From Candidatus Woesearchaeota archaeon (GTDB taxonomy: Archaea > Nanobdellota > Nanobdellia > Woesearchaeales > JABGUJ01): a stretch of DNA of 64,000 nt. The stretch is from assembly GCA_018646625.1 (NCBI GenBank), contig JABGUJ010000003.1, forward strand, positions 228,509 to 292,508. Direction: 5' to 3'. Positions 8,676-17,764 of the stretch are shown one piece after another. A program made the position numbers and the translations under genes. Every line of letters starts with the position of its first letter. Position 1 is the first letter of the stretch. The notes below the pieces were generated by a model. It did not search any database and had not been told where the DNA came from. It saw nothing but the letters and a program-made list of their open reading frames with translations.

Positions 8676-10514
8676 TCAAAACGCTCTACGATTCATCTCG
8701 TCAAACAACTCAATAAATGTTGATGCACTCCATAACTGTGCACCACACCCATTAGATTCTTGACGCCACGCAGAACTTACCTCTGAAGAATGACCAATTA
8801 TCCCTTTAGAAAGAATATCCCTCTTAGAAGCTTCTAATATTTCTTTAATATACCGCCTAAACCTAAACTTACCAACTCTCAACAAAGACATCGCAGCAAT
8901 ATTATTCACCCAGTACCACGAGTCTCCTCTGTGATAACTTTTATTATCTTCTCCAGTGTGGTGATCAACATAAAATTTGCTCTTCTTAGATATAGAAGCT
9001 AAAGCCCCCCAATCAAGATACAAATTATCTAAAGCAATTCTAAAACTAACTTTCCAAACTCCATTACGAAACATTTTAGGATAAATATAGTACGCCAAAA
9101 ACAAATTAGGACGAACCTCGTCACTTCCAACACAATCAACTACGACACCGTTCTTGAGAAAACTACCCTTCACCCTTTTAAGAAATGATTTCTCAGAATC
9201 AGATGCCAGACGATAACCAACACCATCACCCAACATTTCACAAATCTCAGAGAGAAACTTATACATACGTAATCTTAATGCCTGTAACTCTATCAACTTA
9301 CCTTCCCTAACTTCATCACCAAAATCCGTATCCATCCAACTTTCATTCTTTTTTGCAAAATCTAAACCGCCCTTAGTATGAAATTTATGTAAATCTAATA
9401 AGCTAGTTTCCAGAACGACCTTAATTCTTTTCAAATCAACAACAGAAAAATATTTATCCAAGACCTTATGCCTTCGCAATGCAATAATATAATCAGATAA
9501 TCTCAAAAAGAACCAACCAACACCATCAGCACTTCCTAACAAAGAACCAGGCACTCTATTCGGCAACCTGCCATCATATTCAAAATTATCTAAATAATTC
9601 ATCAATATTGACTTTACTGCCCCATACTTCTTCATTAATATCAAAGCCTTCAAACCAACCATCTCATCCCGCGTCCAATACTGAAAAAACCAAGGCAATC
9701 CTGCAAATAATCGTCTATTAACACCATCACCCACAGTTAACAAATTCACAGAATTAGCAGCACAAAGATTAGCCATATTCAGCTCATTTTTAGGTCTAGC
9801 CTTCACAACATCACTTTTTTTCAAGAAATCATGATTCTCTCTCAGAATCTTCAGTTCATCTAATGCTTTCTCTTCAGAAGATCCTACGGCAAGAAACAAT
9901 TTACTTCCTTCAACCTCTACTCCTTTATACACATACCTGCTTTTTGTATTTTTCTCGCGATGTGAATCAGAAACATAATCTCTTTTCACCCATTCATCCT
10001 GACTAAACAACTCTCCATCAGAACCTATAGCAACAAACAACTCATATTCGCTCACCGCATCAGTTTTATCTTCCTTAGAGTCTGTTTTTTTAGTAAACTT
10101 GACAATAATTCTCTTACCTGCCTTGTACACATCATAATGCCTACCAAACTCCCTAGAATCATAAGAATCTTTACAATCAAAGAATAAATCCATTATCTTT
10201 CTGTAATCCAACTCACAAACAAATCCGTTAATTCCTTCATGAACATAAAAACGTTGCTTAAAGTTTCCAAATCTTCGTTCAACAGAAGAAAAATGATTCA
10301 CAATTGTATCTATTTCCTTCAGACCGCGCACAGAAATACTTTCTAGAACCTTAAACATCCGTTCGCCATCAAAAGTAAAGAACCCTTCATATTTAGACTT
10401 AGGAATAGGGGATTGATACAGATAGCCACCTCGTTTGTTTGTGAGAAGAAAACTATCTGAATCACAATTTTCCAAAATCACCTCTTTTCCCCTAGCAAAG
10501 TGTATTAACTTCAT
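8676..10514 (-). CDS. Glycogen debranching enzyme (amylo-alpha-1,6-glucosidase, GDE_C)
   Basis: AGLPWFFQYWTRDE, SWMDT, RPN, YHRGDSW and GCGAQLWS motifs. Confidence 0.88.
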   Translation of the reverse strand: MKLIHFARGKEVILENCDSDSFLLTNKRGGYLYQSPIPKSKYEGFFTFDGERMFKVLESISVRGLKEIDTIVNHFSSVERRFGNFKQRFYVHEGINGFVCELDYRKIMDLFFDCKDSYDSREFGRHYDVYKAGKRIIVKFTKKTDSKEDKTDAVSEYELFVAIGSDGELFSQDEWVKRDYVSDSHREKNTKSRYVYKGVEVEGSKLFLAVGSSEEKALDELKILRENHDFLKKSDVVKARPKNELNMANLCAANSVNLLTVGDGVNRRLFAGLPWFFQYWTRDEMVGLKALILMKKYGAVKSILMNYLDNFEYDGRLPNRVPGSLLGSADGVGWFFLRLSDYIIALRRHKVLDKYFSVVDLKRIKVVLETSLLDLHKFHTKGGLDFAKKNESWMDTDFGDEVREGKLIELQALRLRMYKFLSEICEMLGDGVGYRLASDSEKSFLKRVKGSFLKNGVVVDCVGSDEVRPNLFLAYYIYPKMFRNGVWKVSFRIALDNLYLDWGALASISKKSKFYVDHHTGEDNKSYHRGDSWYWVNNIAAMSLLRVGKFRFRRYIKEILEASKRDILSKGIIGHSSEVSSAWRQESNGCGAQLWSASTFIELFDEMNRRAF

Positions 10515-12694
10515 TTCTTCAACAATAATCGATATCTTAAAAGAGTTTTTTCAGCATCAACTTTATTACTATAAGTAAATCCTTCACCAGAAACCTTTGC
10601 AAGCTCTTTTCTTTCCAAATAGTCTAACACCAAACCGCCCACCGAATCATAACGATCAAGAACTTCCTTAGAGTCTGACGCTTCACCCTCCCACAAAGGA
10701 GTTTCAAAGGAACAAACCCAAGTAGGATCATTAGACGATGCTCTAAAAACAAAAGAGCCAGCATCCTTTCCATTCAACTCAAACCTTATGTCAGCAAATC
10801 TATTTATCTTTGCTTCATCATCATAAAAAGTGTTAAAATCAGTAACAGTTAATTTACCAACAGGAGTATCAAAACCAGAACCTGGCTTAAAATCATTCAT
10901 CAATCTTCTAATACCTTCATGTCTACCCATCGTTATTAGTATAGAAGGCACTCCACCATTTCCTGGTTTCCAACCAACAACATTACCTGGCTTCTTTGAA
11001 AGTTCCTCCAGAAAACTATCTGCAAAAAGAGGTTGAAACCTAGTAGACTGCTTATAATGCACCAATGTTTTATCCAAAACACCTTCAAAAAAGTTATCGC
11101 CTTCATCCGATTTGTACTCCAACCCCATGATAACGAAAAACAATGAAAAAACAATCGGATCCTCCAAAACACCTGTAACATGTGTCCACGCATGACCGGA
11201 TCTCTCAGCATAGATTGGAACAACATAACCTTTATCCTTAAGAGCCCTTACTTTAGCCTTAAGATAGACATAACCCGCATCAGTTTGATAAGGTTCATAC
11301 CTTAATTGCATTGCTTTAACATCAACACCTTTACTAGAAAGAACATCTCTAACAACAGCAACCTTACCTAATGCATCAACACCATATCCTCGCTCATTAA
11401 AAAAAGTCAGAGTTGCTTGCATAAGATTATCAGGAGGAATCATTCTAAAACGCCTGTTTGTTTCGGGATCAACATCCTTAGTCGGCACCACTATTGCCCC
11501 TCTATCACCATCAAGATCAAAAGCAAGCCCAAAGTCAGCTTTACTTTCTTTCATATAATCCATCAAGTCAAAAAGATTTTCGAGAATAGATGGATCTGCT
11601 TTATGCTGGCCTTCTAATTCCCAGACATCTTCATGAAGAATTGTTACATCCGCCCCCAAACTTCTGTAAACCTCGCCAGCCAAAACACCAGAAGGTGTAT
11701 GACTTCCCTCTACAACAACGCGCAAACCTTTGAAAGGTTTAGCATCCATGTCTACAATTTCCTTCTCATATGATTCAACCATATTCAAAATATTATCAGC
11801 ATTACATAGATCGGTACTAAGATCATAAGCAGATTTATTGACTCCAGCCTTAAACAAACTTGAACAAACTAAACCAACAACCTTCGCCATACGATAATAA
11901 GAATCTTCGACATGATCTATAACTCTAGCACTATTTTTTGAAGAAATTAAACCAAGACAAGCAGAATCAAGAACAACGTCTTCCATCTTCTTTCTACTCA
12001 CTGTCCGAATCTCATAAGGTGTAATACTAACAAGCTCATTATGCTTACCTAAAATTGTAATCTTCGCACCCATAACATCCGAAGCCTTGGTGTGACTTGC
12101 AGTCAGAAAAATACCTAAAAGAGGTGCGTGCTTTCTTGTTGCCCACGAATAAGAAGCCACACAATTAGGCTTTTCACCAACATAAATCGCTTCTAATCCG
12201 CACTGTTCGATCGCTACAAGAACTGCTTCAATTGATTCTGGTGCAGTTTTTCTACAATCCCTACCAACCAGCACCTTCCTATTATCAGAATCAATTTCTT
12301 TAGCTCGGTCAAGCGCCATTGAAATCCAAGCCAGCGTCATAAAAAATAATCTTTTATAGGAAAAATCAAGACTGCCTTTGCTAGGCGAACGATAATCATA
12401 ATCTCTAAACATATCGGGATTAATTGTTTTAGGATCAAACAATCGATATACAATTTCACCATTCAAAGGAACTTTCTCAATTAGTTTATATTCGCACTCA
12501 GAATCAAGTTCACGATCCAAAGAAGACAGCCAACCCAACAAACGCTCAGCATCATTTTCAGAAAGACTAAACTCTACACCAACTTGCTCTAGAGTATATG
12601 CCTTCTCTTTTAGTCTAGAATACACACTCTTAACAATAGACTCACTCATACCTGAAATATTATAAGCTTTAAACGGATTAGCCAATACAATCAA
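10511..12694 (-). CDS. Phosphoglucomutase/phosphomannomutase-family protein with N-terminal extension
   Basis: VGRDCR, TASH phosphoserine loop, FDLDGDR metal loop, ERSGH, RASSNDP; stop overlaps the GDE start. Confidence 0.85.
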   Translation of the reverse strand: MIVLANPFKAYNISGMSESIVKSVYSRLKEKAYTLEQVGVEFSLSENDAERLLGWLSSLDRELDSECEYKLIEKVPLNGEIVYRLFDPKTINPDMFRDYDYRSPSKGSLDFSYKRLFFMTLAWISMALDRAKEIDSDNRKVLVGRDCRKTAPESIEAVLVAIEQCGLEAIYVGEKPNCVASYSWATRKHAPLLGIFLTASHTKASDVMGAKITILGKHNELVSITPYEIRTVSRKKMEDVVLDSACLGLISSKNSARVIDHVEDSYYRMAKVVGLVCSSLFKAGVNKSAYDLSTDLCNADNILNMVESYEKEIVDMDAKPFKGLRVVVEGSHTPSGVLAGEVYRSLGADVTILHEDVWELEGQHKADPSILENLFDLMDYMKESKADFGLAFDLDGDRGAIVVPTKDVDPETNRRFRMIPPDNLMQATLTFFNERGYGVDALGKVAVVRDVLSSKGVDVKAMQLRYEPYQTDAGYVYLKAKVRALKDKGYVVPIYAERSGHAWTHVTGVLEDPIVFSLFFVIMGLEYKSDEGDNFFEGVLDKTLVHYKQSTRFQPLFADSFLEELSKKPGNVVGWKPGNGGVPSILITMGRHEGIRRLMNDFKPGSGFDTPVGKLTVTDFNTFYDDEAKINRFADIRFELNGKDAGSFVFRASSNDPTWVCSFETPLWEGEASDSKEVLDRYDSVGGLVLDYLERKELAKVSGEGFTYSNKVDAEKTLLRYRLLLKK

Positions 12695-12773
12695 CCCCCT
12701 TTCTTCAAATCACTTTATTAATTAGAATATTTAAAAGAGTTTTGGTTATTTTCGACGTTAGAAACACTCTAAC

Positions 12774-13526
12774 TCAAGAATTCTCACTCTGCCACAATTT
12801 ATCAAAAACCTGCTCAAAAGTCTTTGCAAATATCTTATCTTTAATCAAAAAAGCTCTTGGCACTTTACTAGTAACATATTGAATAAAAAAGAGATCATCC
12901 AACACACCCCATTCAGCATCATTATCAAGATTCATAAATTTTATTTCGGTATGCTTATCCTTTCTCTTCTTCGCAAGCTCAGTGTCTTCTTCAGGAAATA
13001 TAATTTGCTCTTTCACCTTATTCTTCACTCTAGCTTTATGATGTTCATTATAAAAACCAACCAAACCCGCATAACTTTCCATTTTTGCAGTATGCACCTT
13101 CACAACAGACTTCTCACTCATCGAAGAATTTATCTCACACCACATTGATTTTATACTCGGTATCCCTTCAAAATATTTGTAATTAGAATATGGCTCATTA
13201 TCAACACTTCTTCTCTTAAGATTTGATACCAATTCAGAAACTTGTTTTCGTTCTTGTTCAAGATTTTTTTGTTTTTCTAAAAACAATTCATTCAACACAT
13301 CAGGAGGCGCAGCCATAAACACTTTGATATTATTCTGAACTCTATAACTTACCAATCCTTTAGCCATTAAACTATCCAATATACGATAAATGTTAGAACT
13401 AGCAATTTCTGAAGTTCTACATAACAACCCAGTCTGTGCTTCTTGAAGCTCTAGAAGAGCTAAATACACCTTAGACTCCTGCAATGATAATCCAATTTTC
13501 GCCAAAATATCCGATATATTATCCAT
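12774..13526 (-). CDS. TrmB-family transcriptional regulator
   Basis: LAKIGLSLQESKVYLALL...IYRILDSLMAKGLV wHTH; C-terminal FEQVFDKLW like the 276..1049 paralog. Confidence 0.85.
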   Translation of the reverse strand: MDNISDILAKIGLSLQESKVYLALLELQEAQTGLLCRTSEIASSNIYRILDSLMAKGLVSYRVQNNIKVFMAAPPDVLNELFLEKQKNLEQERKQVSELVSNLKRRSVDNEPYSNYKYFEGIPSIKSMWCEINSSMSEKSVVKVHTAKMESYAGLVGFYNEHHKARVKNKVKEQIIFPEEDTELAKKRKDKHTEIKFMNLDNDAEWGVLDDLFFIQYVTSKVPRAFLIKDKIFAKTFEQVFDKLWQSENS

Positions 13527-13527
13527 A

Positions 13528-13559
13528 CTACTATACTAATATAGTAGCGAATATTTAAA
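13528..13559. promoter_or_regulatory. CTACTATA-N4-TATAGTAG inverted repeat between the TrmB start codon and its TATA box
   Basis: Perfect 8-bp arms at 13528-13547; TTTAAATA on - strand at 13552-13559. Confidence 0.5.
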
Positions 13560-13604
13560 TCTTTCTTCACACAACTAAAGAATAAGACTTGTTGGGGTAC
13601 TAAG

Positions 13605-14678
13605 ATGAATAAAATAATAGCAATACTAGCGATAGCAATATTCCTAATATCTGGCTGCGGCCAAATAACTGGAGAAACAATCAAGAACGAACAAATCAAA
13701 GTAGGTGTAGCCATCCCTTTAACCGGATGGGGAACATACTACGGACATCCACTACAGAAAGGAATGAACATAGCAGAAGAAGAATCAAATATACAACTAA
13801 TTTACGAAGATTCTAAAGGCACAGGAAAAGATGCAGTCACAGCAGCAAAAAAATTAATCCATGCAAACAAAGTAGATATTCTTTTTACATCGTTCACTCC
13901 GCCAACTCACGCAGTTTCACCTATAGCAAAAGCCTCGCAAACACCCTTCATTTACGATGCATACATCGAATCACCGCTAGAAGAAAACAAGTTCGCATTC
14001 AAAATAAACTTCAACGCCAAAGAAGGATGTAAAAAGATTGTCCAAATAGCAAAGCAAACCAACAAATACCAAAAACTTAGCGCAATAATGTCCAACACAG
14101 AATATAATCATCTATGTCTAGAAGGTGCAAGAGAAATTGAACCAAACATTGATGTCTTTTGGTATGAATTTGGTGAAAAAGATTTCAGAACATTACTTCT
14201 AAAAACTAAAAACCACGACGCCATTCTCACAATAGGATGGGAACAAGAAGAGATGGTTCCGTTATTTACACAAAAATCAGAATTAAACATAAACACGCCA
14301 ATAATTTGCGCAACAGAAGTCGAATGCATTGGAACCAACGTCAAGAAAACTGTACCAAAAGAAACATTAGAAGGTACTATGGCAATAGGATTCAAGAACA
14401 TTCAAGATACAACATTTGCCAAAAAGTTCAAAACCAAATATCCAGCAGCCACAGAATCAGAAATAAACTTTGCAGCCATAGGATATGAAACCATTCTAAC
14501 AATTGCAGACGCCACAAAAGACTGCCAAGACAAAGACTGCATCTTAACACAACTTAACCAACCTACAAAACACAACACAGTTTTCAACAGCACAGGTTTC
14601 AAAGATCGAAAACAAGAACTAGAGTTAACACCTTACGTATACGAGAACAATAAATGGGATCAAATCTCTCCACGATAG
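13605..14678 (+). CDS. LivJ-like ABC substrate-binding lipoprotein
   Basis: Lipobox ISGC; IKVGVAIPLTG, IYEDSKG, AVTAAKKLI and DFRTLLLK motifs. Confidence 0.85.
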   Translation: MNKIIAILAIAIFLISGCGQITGETIKNEQIKVGVAIPLTGWGTYYGHPLQKGMNIAEEESNIQLIYEDSKGTGKDAVTAAKKLIHANKVDILFTSFTPPTHAVSPIAKASQTPFIYDAYIESPLEENKFAFKINFNAKEGCKKIVQIAKQTNKYQKLSAIMSNTEYNHLCLEGAREIEPNIDVFWYEFGEKDFRTLLLKTKNHDAILTIGWEQEEMVPLFTQKSELNINTPIICATEVECIGTNVKKTVPKETLEGTMAIGFKNIQDTTFAKKFKTKYPAATESEINFAAIGYETILTIADATKDCQDKDCILTQLNQPTKHNTVFNSTGFKDRKQELELTPYVYENNKWDQISPR

Positions 14679-15595
14679 AACTTAGCAGCCTCTTCAGGAG
14701 GTTGTTTGTTGATTATAGTCCCACTAAATTCAAACCCCGCCCATTTAGATAACCTAGGCAGAACCTCAATATGAAAATGTAAATCTTCATTATCTGGAGA
14801 ATAATGTACCACATAATTAAACGCAGCATCAATCTCTTTCAACTTACGCAAGATCTTACCCATAATTTCAGATAAACCCTTAAGATTCAACTCACTCATC
14901 AAACGCAAGTGTTGTTTAGGAAAAACCCATATTTCAAAAGGAAATCTAGAAGCATAAGGAGTAAAAGCAACAAAATCATCATTCTCAAAACAATGCCTAT
15001 CACTTTTTTTCTCAATCTCAACAATCTTACAATAAGGACAACCATCATATTTCTTAGTCGCCTCAACTTTATCTTTAACAAACTGCGGAACATGATTCAA
15101 ACCCACTAATTGAGAATGAGAATGCACTATGCTTGTACCGGCATCCTTTTTATGATTCTTAAAAACATTAACATACTTTATCCCATCCATTAACTTAACA
15201 AAACCAATTCGTTTATTGTACATCTCATATACTTCTAACAATTCAGAATCTGAAAAATCCCACAACTGCCTCAAAGAATCAGGAGTCTCAACTATAACTT
15301 CATGCTCGCCATAATTCGCAGAATAAGTAAAAAACTCATTATCCGTTTTAAGTTCAATCTGCCCTTCCAATCTAGCAGCTGCAAATTTATTATTAAAAAC
15401 CCTAATTCGCCATCCAGAATCATCACCAACTCTGTCAAGTTCAACAGGAGTCATACTCTCATTACCAGGAGCAAAGAAATCTAACTCAGGAGCTACAACT
15501 TTCTCTTCATGCATAAATTGATGTGGCCTAGCACCCCTTTCGGACGCAACTATCACCCATCTATCCAAAACATAATCCTTACGTAACTCTCCCAA
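14660..15595 (-). CDS. galT: Galactose-1-phosphate uridylyltransferase-family (GalT/HIT) nucleotidyltransferase
   Basis: ELRKDY...WVIVASERGARP, HEVIVETP, AGTSIVHSHSQ catalytic HxHxQ, CPYC, FHIEVLPR. Confidence 0.9.
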   Translation of the reverse strand: MGELRKDYVLDRWVIVASERGARPHQFMHEEKVVAPELDFFAPGNESMTPVELDRVGDDSGWRIRVFNNKFAAARLEGQIELKTDNEFFTYSANYGEHEVIVETPDSLRQLWDFSDSELLEVYEMYNKRIGFVKLMDGIKYVNVFKNHKKDAGTSIVHSHSQLVGLNHVPQFVKDKVEATKKYDGCPYCKIVEIEKKSDRHCFENDDFVAFTPYASRFPFEIWVFPKQHLRLMSELNLKGLSEIMGKILRKLKEIDAAFNYVVHYSPDNEDLHFHIEVLPRLSKWAGFEFSGTIINKQPPEEAAKFYRGEI

Positions 15596-15640
15596 ATTGT
15601 CACCCCTTTAACTATAAATTACAAATCTAAGTATTTAAAC

Positions 15641-16621
15641 TTAATCTTCTAAAAGCGCCATAGGACATGCATCAAACACATGCTCCTTATACACAATCAT
15701 ACTACGATACTCTTGAATATAATCAGGAAAACTCTTTTTCAAATCTTTAATCAAATTATGATATTCATCTAAACTTTTAACTGCAAGATAATACTTAAAA
15801 TCCCATTCACCAACCAACTTCTTAACAGTCATCGTATATGGACTCTGAGCTAAATGAGTGAACAATCTTGATTCTTCTTTTGAAGGCAAACTTGCAGTAG
15901 TAAACGAAAAAACAAAACTAAGATATTTTAACTCGGCAAGATTTAATCTAATAGTAAATCCTTTAATCACACCACTCTTCCTCATCTTAAGTATTCTCAA
16001 CCTAACGGCATCCGCACTAAAACCAATTTCCGCCCCTATCTTGTATGTAGACACTCTCGCATTCTCAGACAAAAGCCTCAAAATGTTCATATCAATTTTA
16101 TCACACTTCGCACCCTCGAACATTTTATCCACAACAGAATACTGATTCATTGTTTTAATCTCCGCCTCAGTATCTTTTCTACGAATCATATCTGCAAACG
16201 GATCCAACAATCTACCAACAATCAAATCAAAATCCCTAACATCTTTTGCAACAACAACAACTTCTAAATCCCAACTAGCATTAAACTCAGTTGCCTTCAA
16301 AACATTAGGATCTTTTACAAGATTCTCAATCAAATCATTTTTTCTATTTTGTTTTGTCTCATCCAATAACAACAACAAATGATATCTGTAGTAACCCAAC
16401 TTTTCAAAATCAATATTAACATATGAAGAAAGTATCACATTAGAATCCAAAAGTTTCCTATCCCTATACTGCACCGAATCTTTAGACAAATTTACGCTTT
16501 TACCTAACCCCACAAAGCTTTGTCTAGAGTCTTTCAAGAGCTCAGCAATAATCTTCTTATTCGCCTTATCAAGCAATCCAGAATCTCGCCCCAATATTCC
16601 AAAATGGCTTTTTGCAGTCAT
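15641..16621 (-). CDS. Tandem Lrp/AsnC transcriptional regulator (two HTH+RAM units)
   Basis: DKANKKIIAELLKDSRQSF and DKIDMNILRLLSENARVST HTHs; WDL/GEWD RAM motifs. Confidence 0.85.
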   Translation of the reverse strand: MTAKSHFGILGRDSGLLDKANKKIIAELLKDSRQSFVGLGKSVNLSKDSVQYRDRKLLDSNVILSSYVNIDFEKLGYYRYHLLLLLDETKQNRKNDLIENLVKDPNVLKATEFNASWDLEVVVVAKDVRDFDLIVGRLLDPFADMIRRKDTEAEIKTMNQYSVVDKMFEGAKCDKIDMNILRLLSENARVSTYKIGAEIGFSADAVRLRILKMRKSGVIKGFTIRLNLAELKYLSFVFSFTTASLPSKEESRLFTHLAQSPYTMTVKKLVGEWDFKYYLAVKSLDEYHNLIKDLKKSFPDYIQEYRSMIVYKEHVFDACPMALLED

Positions 16622-16834
16622 TAAACACGGTAACGCCTTGTTTATTTAAATATTTATCTGCAAAAATGGAAAACAACGCATTTCCATTATAAATACCTAA
16701 ACAACGTATATACATATAGAAAAAAGAGGGAGGCACAAGAATCGGGGCAACCACCCCTGATGGTTGCTCCAAAATCTTGTGATATTAGAGATGGGAACTA
16801 CCCAACTAGCGGTAGCTCTAATGAGGGGATTAAA

Positions 16835-17260
16835 ATGGAAAGGGGAATGAGAATCGGACTAGCTGCATTGTGGACACTATGTGCAGCAATCAACTTCGGA
16901 GTCTACTTCGCAAAAGCAGACAACTGCGAAGCACAAATGCTAAGATCAACTGGCGAATATGTTCAAATGTATGAAGGAGAAGCACCAAGCGAAGTACTAG
17001 ACTATGCACATGACACAGTAAGACTGGTAGTCAACAGCGACGCAGGAATTGAAGAAGCATCCGAACTAGAGACTACAATCGCAGAAGCAAAAGCAGACCT
17101 GCAAAATGTAGAGAGCCAAAGAATATATGGTCCAGTACTAGACGACATAGGAGAGAAAATGGAAGATGTTGGAAACGACTACACACCCAACGCATTTAGT
17201 CTAGGATTGGGCGTAATGAACATAGGACTTGCAGCATTCTATGCTTTCAGCGATGACTAA
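16835..17260 (+). CDS. Small two-TM protein with helical extracellular loop, paralog 1
   Basis: Start moved to ATG 16835 behind SD GAGGGG; shares EYVxxYEGE and ASELETT with the next gene. Confidence 0.7.
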   Translation: MERGMRIGLAALWTLCAAINFGVYFAKADNCEAQMLRSTGEYVQMYEGEAPSEVLDYAHDTVRLVVNSDAGIEEASELETTIAEAKADLQNVESQRIYGPVLDDIGEKMEDVGNDYTPNAFSLGLGVMNIGLAAFYAFSDD

Positions 17261-17310
17261 ATTATTTTTTCTTTTTCAAAAAAACAAGGGAATATTAGGA
17301 GGGGATGAAA

Positions 17311-17748
17311 ATGGTAAACAGAATTCAAGTAGTTATAGGTTCAGTCATCGCAGCAATAGGACTTGCAGCAACAGTTTATGGCGCAGGAGCACCAAACTAT
17401 AAAGAAATGGACTTAATGCACGAAACTGCAGAATATGTAATGCAATATGAAGGAGAGCACTACGAAAGAGCAGTCGACTATGCACAAACAACTTTGCAAA
17501 TTGTACAAGAAGCCAATGAAAACTTCACAGACGCTTCAGAGCTAGAAACAACTGTGGCAGAAATGAAAGAAGTTGTTGCAAGCACAGAAAGCGATGCAGT
17601 GAAACAACATACCACACACGCAGTAGGAGAACAACTAGAAGAACTAGCAGACAACTATGACGGTTCATTCGCCAGAACAATCGGAACCGGAATGATGAGT
17701 GGCGGACTTTGCTTTGCAGTTTTGGGCCTACTGAGTGATGATTGGTAA
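17311..17748 (+). CDS. Small two-TM protein with helical extracellular loop, paralog 2
   Basis: SD GAGGGG; same motifs as paralog 1; start may be 17305. Confidence 0.7.
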   Translation: MVNRIQVVIGSVIAAIGLAATVYGAGAPNYKEMDLMHETAEYVMQYEGEHYERAVDYAQTTLQIVQEANENFTDASELETTVAEMKEVVASTESDAVKQHTTHAVGEQLEELADNYDGSFARTIGTGMMSGGLCFAVLGLLSDDW

Positions 17749-17764
17749 AATTATTTTTTTCTTT

